DNA from: an uncultured Bacteroidales bacterium
Lineage (GTDB): Bacteria; Bacteroidota; Bacteroidia; Bacteroidales; FEN-979
Length of the DNA: 64,000 nt
NCBI GenBank assembly: GCA_903877385.1
Contig: CAIRDP010000030.1
Span: 9,974 to 73,973 of the forward strand
Reading direction: 5' to 3'
How positions within the stretch are numbered: the first letter of the stretch is position 1; each line of letters starts with the position of its first letter. The notes beneath the pieces were generated by a model. The model searched no databases. It had not been told where the DNA came from and saw only the letters and a program-made list of their open reading frames with translations. Shown one piece after another: positions 56,038-62,393 of this stretch. The translations under genes and the position numbers were made by a program.

Positions 56038-56667
56038 TTAAATTTTACTGACATGAATGTAAGTTTCAGCACCTTCCTCCCATATCGTGTAAGGCTCTCC
56101 ACCTCCATATCGAGAAACCGGAAAGGCTTTGTACCCTTCAATCCAAACCTTGACAAAGGCGTCAAAACGGATCGAGCGGGCTACGCGGCCTGAAGGTTCC
56201 TTGCCATCGGCATGGCTGATCAGGATGAAGAGTTTATTGCGAAATGTGTCACGGAGGGTTTTGTACTGTGCATAATTAAGTCCTGTATATTGTATTGAAT
56301 CGATGATGATCACCTGAGGAGAGCGTGGCCGACTCAGACGAACGATCAGTTCATCGATCGGTTCTTTGTCCAGCAGCATGAAGCGACGCGACACTTCCTG
56401 CATATTGCAATCCATCAGTGCGTTTTTCATAGACAGTGACACGCCTTCCTCCAGGGAGTCGTAGGCCACTTTTTTTCCGAGCGAAGCGAGGTATTTTGCC
56501 ACCTGGAGAGCGAAGCGGGTTTTCCCATTGCCCGATTTTCCCCAGATGAGCCAGGTGCCGGTGACCTCAGGGCGACCGATCGCCTGGAGCCAAGCGCCGG
56601 TAAATTCAAGACAGTTCAAGTTTGTCTTGAATAACCGGTGCATTGTGACTGCTCTTTTTTCCTTCAT
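56038..56667 (-). CDS. P-loop NTPase (RecA/KaiC-like minimal ATPase)
   Basis: Walker A GKSGNGKTRFA and Walker B QVIIIDSIQY; 209 aa. Its start codon lies immediately adjacent to the stop codon of the MuB-like gene. Confidence 0.65.
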   Translation of the reverse strand: MKEKRAVTMHRLFKTNLNCLEFTGAWLQAIGRPEVTGTWLIWGKSGNGKTRFALQVAKYLASLGKKVAYDSLEEGVSLSMKNALMDCNMQEVSRRFMLLDKEPIDELIVRLSRPRSPQVIIIDSIQYTGLNYAQYKTLRDTFRNKLFILISHADGKEPSGRVARSIRFDAFVKVWIEGYKAFPVSRYGGGEPYTIWEEGAETYIHVSKI

Positions 56668-56668
56668 G

Positions 56669-57538
56669 TTAAGCGATCTTACGAAGTTCGTCCTGGATCC
56701 TGCGAAGGGAGTAATCCGTCTGTCGCATCAGCTTCTGGATGTCTATTTCTGCCGGTGCATTGGCCTTGATGATCATTGCGGCATGTACCTGGCGGAATTT
56801 GCGCAGATCCTCACCTGAGTCGGGCGTGGCTTTCTGATATCGGGATCCGTAGCGGCTAAAAAGTTCGGTGTAACCAACCTTCTTGTGATCGATCGAGCGG
56901 CGGATCTTCTCCTTCAGGCCATCGGCTCCCATCATGTACCATCCGGTGCAACGTTCCGTAGCATTCCAGAGCGCTTTTAACTCAAGGAAGGCAGGATAAT
57001 CAAGGTCACCGGCTTCATCCAGGATAATTAATGGAGAGGGCAGGGAACGCAGATAAAACACCAAATCTGCGTATACATCGCTGTACTTTCCCGTGTGCCC
57101 TACTCCAAACTCTTTGGCAATAAATCTCACCAACTTCTGCCTGGTTTTGACCTGGCTGCAGTCAACGTAAATGGCGTTTTTGTTGACTTTAACAAAATGC
57201 TTTGCAGTAAACGTTTTGCCGATATCGGCCATATCACACAGCAGTCGGCTGGCAGCGTTTTGCTGGCAGAACTGAAGCTGCGTGGAGATGAAGTTGAATA
57301 CCGGAGTGCTTGCAGTTTGCCATACGGGAGTGTTCCCGATGGCAATCTCCAGGGTACGAGCCAGGGAGATCCAGTTCTGATCCGACAGGACCCGCTCGGT
57401 CTCCCCGTTCTTAATGCGGGAGTACTGGGCGTTATTGATCCCGATTGATACTGCAAACTTCGCATCGCTTCCGGCGAAGTTTTCGCGCCTGAGGGCCAAG
57501 GCCGTCAAAATACGCTGTTTTAATTCCGTTGTCATCAT
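56669..57538 (-). CDS. MuB-like transposition ATPase (N-terminal HTH + AAA)
   Basis: HTH AKFAVSIGINNAQYSRIKNGE, Walker A-like MADIGKTFTAKHF and Walker B LIILDEAGDLD. It sits immediately downstream of the transposase. Confidence 0.75.
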   Translation of the reverse strand: MMTTELKQRILTALALRRENFAGSDAKFAVSIGINNAQYSRIKNGETERVLSDQNWISLARTLEIAIGNTPVWQTASTPVFNFISTQLQFCQQNAASRLLCDMADIGKTFTAKHFVKVNKNAIYVDCSQVKTRQKLVRFIAKEFGVGHTGKYSDVYADLVFYLRSLPSPLIILDEAGDLDYPAFLELKALWNATERCTGWYMMGADGLKEKIRRSIDHKKVGYTELFSRYGSRYQKATPDSGEDLRKFRQVHAAMIIKANAPAEIDIQKLMRQTDYSLRRIQDELRKIA

Positions 57539-57573
57539 GGTGTTTTGGTGTTTTATGTTTATTTATATGGTGT

Positions 57574-59622
57574 TTAAATGCTTTCTAAAGCGCGTTCAGA
57601 TTCCCATCCGTTGTTGTACTGAGCGATCATATCCTCGATATTCTCTTCCGTGGGGACACTGGCTGTTGAAGGGACGGTTTCAACAATCGCAGGTAACTCC
57701 TCCAGGTCACTGGTCTTAATGATCTCCAGCTTACGTGTAACCTTTTCAGCAAGGCCATCCTTCTCAACCTTGAAAAAATGAGCCTGGCGCTTGGCCTGGT
57801 CCGTGCGGATCTGCTCGTCGCGATCCGTGCGCTCAATCTTAGCTTCATTGTACTCTTCGATCTTGGTGGCTCGGGTGATGAAGGTGTCATCCTGGTACAA
57901 ATACACTTCCGGGATCCCGCCGTCATGTTCCGGGACATAATATGCCTGAACGGTATAGTTATTGGGCTTTAATCGTATGATCGCGCTCTGATTGTCAATA
58001 GCATATTTACTGTACATCACCTGGGCAAAGTCATTGTTGCGGATGGAGGTCTTGGTTTGGATTCCCAGGTACCTGAACAGTTTATGTTTTTGCGGACGAC
58101 CCAGATCCGGGTTTTGATTCTCAAGAAGGACCTGCCAGCGGGTTTTCCCAGGGAAAAGTTTTTGATTCGGATGTAATTCACTATTGAAACGCTGGATACT
58201 CTGGCGGTCCTCTTCGATCAATTGTTCAACGGGGATCCTCGGCTGCTTGTAATCCTCGTCCTTGTTTTCGCTCTTAGTTTTATAGGCTCCTTTCCCGTTC
58301 CAACGTCCAATGCCGACCTGGTTTTTCTTTTCGTCACCGTACTTTTTACTCCTGATCTTATGCTCTGCACGCTTTGACCTTGAGAGACCAGGAGCGCAGA
58401 AGGTGACGTATGAGAACATAGCGTTCAATTCATGCTCTATATCCTTCATCAGATGGTTCTCAACTTCAACCTCACCAGGCCACATTAGGCAATTTGTATT
58501 CAGGTTACGGTACATTTCCCGGAAACATTCCCACACTAAATTCAAATCCGGCCCACCGGTGGTATAAACACAGGACAATATTGAATCACTCAGTACATCA
58601 AAGGCCAGGTAAGCATTTAACCACTTGCCGTCACTTGTTTTCCTACTCAGCGTGCGGTCGTCCATGGAGATCTTGCTCAGGGAGTACTGGGGAGCTTTAC
58701 GGTGGTTATAGGGAGTATTCTTGGTGATGTGATCAATGCGATTATTGCGCATCCGGTCAATAATGATGGCATTGGCAGGATTATTGATGATGTTCCATAC
58801 GGTTGACTTGCTGATCACGATGTAAGTGCCACGTTTATTGTCGAAGAAATCTTCACGGTTAAACATCGAACCGGTCTCCCGATCAACGATTGAAGTGTGG
58901 CCATAGATAAACTGCAGGTAGGTATCATACACCCAGGCTCCAAAGGGCAGATTATCCTGGCAGTATATGGATATAATCAGCCGCTCGGCTGCATCGTTCA
59001 TCTTACGGGCATTGCAGTTGCCAATTCCCTTATGGATCAGGTGCAGATACCCATGCTCGCCGTAATTGCGGTACTTTTCCTTCAGGCGCAGCGCATTGGA
59101 TGGCAGGGTGTGCTGATATTTATTCTTATCCAGGTTATTGACCGCTTCGCTGACCGCTTGCCAGATGCCGGTAGTTTTACCACCGAGGCCGCGGCGCCGT
59201 GCAGACTTTTCACCTACAAAGTGCCCTACTGCATTAAGGATGCTGGCGTTTGCATTGTATTCAACCTGGCGATCGGGTTTAATTGAGGTCCCATCATCAA
59301 AAAGGTATTCTGAAAAGAAAGTGGACGCTTTGAAATCAGGCTGGATTAGCTCAATGAGCTTGTTACGTTTGGATGCCTGGTGGAGATCTCCGTACTTATC
59401 CTGCAGCCTCTGCTTAATATCACTGCGTAGAAGATCATAGTTTAACAGTGCAGGGCATCCAGGACCGCCTCCTTTGCGCACGCGCACCTGGGGAAACCGG
59501 TGTAAGTACATATGTAAGGCATCTTCACTCATGACAGGTCTTTCTTTAAGGCTGTCTGACTTGGGATTCCCATCCGTTAAGTCAGGCTTAGAAATACAGA
59601 ATATGTTGTTAAAATATTCCAT
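57574..59622 (-). CDS. Mu-type DDE transposase (MuA-like)
   Basis: 682 aa, next to the MuB-like ATPase and near the element end. The core carries acidic residues (ISMDDRT, AFDVLSD) and the third-motif-like PGLSRSKRAEHKIR (cf. P..KG.IER of the rve superfamily). Confidence 0.75.
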   Translation of the reverse strand: MEYFNNIFCISKPDLTDGNPKSDSLKERPVMSEDALHMYLHRFPQVRVRKGGGPGCPALLNYDLLRSDIKQRLQDKYGDLHQASKRNKLIELIQPDFKASTFFSEYLFDDGTSIKPDRQVEYNANASILNAVGHFVGEKSARRRGLGGKTTGIWQAVSEAVNNLDKNKYQHTLPSNALRLKEKYRNYGEHGYLHLIHKGIGNCNARKMNDAAERLIISIYCQDNLPFGAWVYDTYLQFIYGHTSIVDRETGSMFNREDFFDNKRGTYIVISKSTVWNIINNPANAIIIDRMRNNRIDHITKNTPYNHRKAPQYSLSKISMDDRTLSRKTSDGKWLNAYLAFDVLSDSILSCVYTTGGPDLNLVWECFREMYRNLNTNCLMWPGEVEVENHLMKDIEHELNAMFSYVTFCAPGLSRSKRAEHKIRSKKYGDEKKNQVGIGRWNGKGAYKTKSENKDEDYKQPRIPVEQLIEEDRQSIQRFNSELHPNQKLFPGKTRWQVLLENQNPDLGRPQKHKLFRYLGIQTKTSIRNNDFAQVMYSKYAIDNQSAIIRLKPNNYTVQAYYVPEHDGGIPEVYLYQDDTFITRATKIEEYNEAKIERTDRDEQIRTDQAKRQAHFFKVEKDGLAEKVTRKLEIIKTSDLEELPAIVETVPSTASVPTEENIEDMIAQYNNGWESERALESI

Positions 59623-59721
59623 TGGTGTTTTTGGGTCCCGGAGGCTGATTCGATCCAGCTGCTCTTGCTCTTCTCCGGGAGGATGCTTACATTTACGTTG
59701 TCAAACCTTAAATGAAGCTAT

Positions 59722-60021
59722 ATGAAAAGAAATGTTTTACACGCAACTGTGATTGATACATCAGCCGCTGTATGGGCTTTGGCAGCAACTTTTTCAGCAT
59801 ACATTCGCGAGAAGGAATCGACGGTGTATCACTGTGATGTGATGATGAATTTTTACAAGAACCATATTGAGCTTTTGCGTGATCTATCCCTCGCTCTGCA
59901 AGACGAGCTACCTTCTGAGGCATTGTCTCAGATTTTAATAAAGAAGAGTTTGGAGTCCCAGGTTGAATTTGATCGCCTGTTGAATCAACGAAACATGGAG
60001 GCTGGACTTGATCCCGTGTGA
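59722..60021 (+). CDS. hypothetical helical protein; conflicts with the antisense ORF 59708-60037
   Basis: The 99-aa plus-strand ORF has protein-like amphipathic composition. The overlapping minus-strand ORF fits the operon direction (10 nt after the ner-like stop) but is Ser/Pro/Gln/His-rich. I cannot resolve which is real from sequence alone. Confidence 0.3.
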   Translation: MKRNVLHATVIDTSAAVWALAATFSAYIREKESTVYHCDVMMNFYKNHIELLRDLSLALQDELPSEALSQILIKKSLESQVEFDRLLNQRNMEAGLDPV

Positions 60022-60047
60022 GTTTGCTTTTTTTCATAAATGGTGTT

Positions 60048-60347
60048 TTAATGTGAGCACTTATCTTGATTATTCAGTTTACGAAGCTTGGCAAGATTGA
60101 GTCGGTAGATCTTCATGGCCCATTCCTCGATGCGTTTATTTTTACGTGTTCCCTGGCACCAATTGCGGACATAGTTCATCGAGAAGCCAGTTTTAAAGGA
60201 TATTAATTGCTTATCCTCTGCGGTCAGATATTGCGAAACCCTTCTATTTTCAGGGTAATCGTATAAATATTTGACTTTTCCGTTTTCGGGTTGTACTTTT
60301 GTGCTGTTCATGCCGCAAATATAATACAAGTTAAATGGATATTCCAA
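60048..60347 (-). CDS. small early DNA-binding protein (Ner/Cro slot), tentative
   Basis: It is the first minus-strand gene, divergent from the repressor. Basic C-terminus (GTRKNKRIEEWAMKIYRLNLAKLRKL). An alternative start lies at ATG 60311 (MNSTKVQ). Confidence 0.45.
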   Translation of the reverse strand: MEYPFNLYYICGMNSTKVQPENGKVKYLYDYPENRRVSQYLTAEDKQLISFKTGFSMNYVRNWCQGTRKNKRIEEWAMKIYRLNLAKLRKLNNQDKCSH

Positions 60348-60375
60348 GTAAAATGTAATATTTTTTCAACTATTA

Positions 60376-60777
60376 ATGGAATTTTCTGCCAACATAAAGT
60401 ATCTCAGGAAGTTAAAGAAGCTCACACAGGACGATTTAGCTAAGGAATTGGGACTTACTAACACCGCAATTTCGAATTGGGAGCAAGGTATTTCCACTCC
60501 AGATGTAACCGTATCCTTGAAATTGTCCAATATATTTGGAGTTTCCCTGAATGATCTATTGATTAATGACATTAGGAATGGCAGATCCCTGGAGGTGATA
60601 GAAGACAAATCAGCATATCGTGCTACCCCGAAATGTGATTTGTGCACACAAAAGGACGAGACAATTGAAGTCTTGAAACTATTAACTAAAACTCAAGCTA
60701 AACAAATAGAGCTATTGTCCTCCCGCAATGATGAACACGAAGCGATTCATAACGGGCAAAAAAAGAAAGCTGGTTAG
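60376..60777 (+). CDS. XRE-family HTH repressor (Mu c-repressor slot)
   Basis: IKYLRKLKKLTQDDLAKELGLTNTAISNWEQGISTPDVTVSLKLSNIFGVSLNDLL is a canonical HTH_3 domain. It is transcribed away from the early operon, toward the element end. Confidence 0.85.
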   Translation: MEFSANIKYLRKLKKLTQDDLAKELGLTNTAISNWEQGISTPDVTVSLKLSNIFGVSLNDLLINDIRNGRSLEVIEDKSAYRATPKCDLCTQKDETIEVLKLLTKTQAKQIELLSSRNDEHEAIHNGQKKKAG

Positions 60778-61021
60778 TTTGGATGAGGGCAATAAAATCC
60801 CTTGAGATAATAATTGTATTATCTCCACACGCATTTTTAATAGATTTTTCGGATATTTATCTGTTAACTTGCTATATTTCTGCCCTTTATTAAACTGTTT
60901 ATATTGTTTCTATTATATATTGCCTGTATAGTTACCCCCTTGTTTATAGTCTTTTTTGTGGGTTTTCGTCTTTTTTTATGATAGTTAGACTGTTTTTCAA
61001 GTGTTTTTTTTTCGTCGAGAT

Positions 61022-61057
61022 GTAACTCCTCTTGTAACTCCTCTCGTAACTCCTTTG
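61022..61057. repeat. 3 x 12-bp tandem repeat near the repressor-side end
   Basis: The three units are GTAACTCCTCTT, GTAACTCCTCTC and GTAACTCCTTTG. Confidence 0.8.
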
Positions 61058-61289
61058 TATTTTTACAGCATATTATGGCAAGAATCACGTTTATATTACA
61101 ATGTCAAATTGGCCCCGATTACTTGGGGCTGTTATAATCAATAGACTATACCTGAAAGACGCTTTAATAGTGATTTAATGACGTTTTAACGGCATTGTAA
61201 GTAGTAATGTAATAGTTGTATTAAAGTACGGTTCAAGTCACGATCACTAAACTAAAGGTAAATGAAAGGAAATGAAACAATTCGTATTG

Positions 61290-61390
61290 AACGGGTATAC
61301 AGGCCAAAATATTATACACTCCGCATCACTGTAAGTAAAACCGACAAATTTTGATTGATTATCTTTTATACAATTCATTTTGTGCCCCTT
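61290..61390. promoter_or_regulatory. prophage terminal region (Mu left-end equivalent) with putative transposase-binding sites
   Basis: The reverse complement reads aaggggCACAAAATGAATTGTATAAAag (61365-61385), with a second site gatgcgGAGTGTATAAt (61311-61330). Both share the core seen twice at the other end. Confidence 0.6.
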
Positions 61391-61395
61391 ACATT
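61391..61395. repeat. target-site duplication, right copy (ACATT)
   Basis: Identical to 27245-27249 and immediately outside the prophage end. Confidence 0.8.
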
Positions 61396-61911
61396 CCTCA
61401 ATTTGCTTTAATTCAAACAGCAAATATTATATACCTGAAAAGATTATTGAGAATTATCAGCTATTCAGTTCCTTTCAAACCCAATATGAACGGTTTGAGT
61501 TCGCGTACAGGAATAAGTTTAAACACGATGAAAGCATATATTGGTTTACTCAATGATGCACAGCTGGTGCAGTTGCTTTACATGCCAGGGAAAGGAATAA
61601 ACAGCCTGAACAAGCCTGAAAAAATTTACCTCAACAATTCAAACCTGATGTATAATCAAGCGGAAGAAAATGTCAATATTGGGAATATCAGAGAAACATT
61701 TTTCTTTAATCAGGTCAATGTAAAGTATAAAATTAATGCATCGGCAGATGCTGATTTTTTAGTGTCAGATAAATACACTTTCGAAACCGGAGGAAGAAAC
61801 AAAGCAGGCAAACAAATAAAGGATGTTCCGGATTCTTATGTGGCGAAAGATAATATTGAAATAGGCTCCGGCAATATTATTCCCCTTTGGATGTTTGGTT
61901 TTTTGTACTGA
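61391..61911 (+). pseudogene. AAA-ATPase (DUF4143-type) gene, 3' fragment
   Basis: In-frame continuation ...(I)PQFALIQTANIIYLKRLLRIISYSVPFKPNMNGLSSRTGISLNTMKAYIGLL...IPLWMFGFLY. Joined to codon 227 of the 5' fragment, it restores a 398-codon gene. Confidence 0.85.
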
Positions 61912-61957
61912 AATTGAGTATGGAAATTTATTAAGTCAACATACATGCCCATTGCAA

Positions 61958-62107
61958 CTACTTCCACAACTCCTCTTCACGTGCATTTTCCCGGGCGGTT
62001 TCGCGCTTCTCCTTCCTTATCAGGTACAGCTTCAGGAATCCTGCGCCGTCGGTGAGGATCAGCATTGCAGCTAAGCTTATGTTGATACAGGTGTCGATGA
62101 TGTTCAT
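61958..62107 (-). CDS. small membrane protein (49 aa), tentative
   Basis: Below the track cutoff. My translation is MNIIDTCINISLAAMLILTDGAGFLKLYLIRKEKRETARENAREEELWK. Confidence 0.25.
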   Translation of the reverse strand: MNIIDTCINISLAAMLILTDGAGFLKLYLIRKEKRETARENAREEELWK

Positions 62108-62134
62108 TGCTGCAGATTATTGAAATTTCTCACT

Positions 62135-62380
62135 TCAATTCTCAACGGCCGGTTGATCCTCTTTTTTCCTGTCTTTCCTGGCCTTGTAGAATTTCTTGCC
62201 TCCATAGGCTACGCCCATGGCCATGAGAATTCCAAGGCCGCCGTCGATGGGGGCGCCCACTGGGCCGCCATGACCACCTCCCTGACTTGGGTCGGGGGGA
62301 GGAGTGGGAGGATCGGCCAATACGGCCATGCTGAGACTTACAAAAACTGCGATCAGTAAGAAATAAATATACTTTTTCAT
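62135..62380 (-). CDS. 81-aa secreted Pro/Gly-rich protein ending in a PID + TM + basic-tail sorting-signal-like module
   Basis: Signal peptide MKKYIYFLLIAVFVSLSMAVLA, then DPPTPPPDPSQGGGHGGPVGA, then PIDGGLGILMAMGVAYGG-KKFYKARKDRKK. Confidence 0.6.
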   Translation of the reverse strand: MKKYIYFLLIAVFVSLSMAVLADPPTPPPDPSQGGGHGGPVGAPIDGGLGILMAMGVAYGGKKFYKARKDRKKEDQPAVEN

Positions 62381-62393
62381 ATAAATGGAGTTG

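Larger units (their letters stand above)
27250..61390. mobile_element. Mu-like transposable prophage (34,141 bp); the repressor/transposase end is at the high-coordinate side
   Basis: Bounded by the 5-bp duplication inside a split gene. It contains a DDE transposase with a MuB-like ATPase next to a divergent XRE repressor at one end, DUF935-type portal, MuF-like and MuG-like head genes, a contractile tail module, and a DNA-modification gene at the far end. Both ends carry repeated TGTATAA-containing motifs. Confidence 0.88.

Noticed and set aside
60316-60323. TATATTTG (minus strand) as the early promoter -7 box for the ner-like gene.
   Set aside because: It lies only 4 nt upstream of the ATG at 60311 and inside the longer ORF version. 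A transcript starting about 7 nt downstream of it would lack the start codon, so I did not call it.
61022-61057. The tandem 12-bp repeats as a CRISPR array.
   Set aside because: The units are contiguous with no spacers, are only 12 bp long, and occur three times. No cas genes are present in the window.
60864-61088. 74-aa minus-strand ORF in the repressor-side terminal arm of the prophage.
   Set aside because: The Lys/Glu/Asn low-complexity translation comes from AT-rich, homopolymer-rich DNA and overlaps the 12-bp repeats. This is more likely a non-coding control region.
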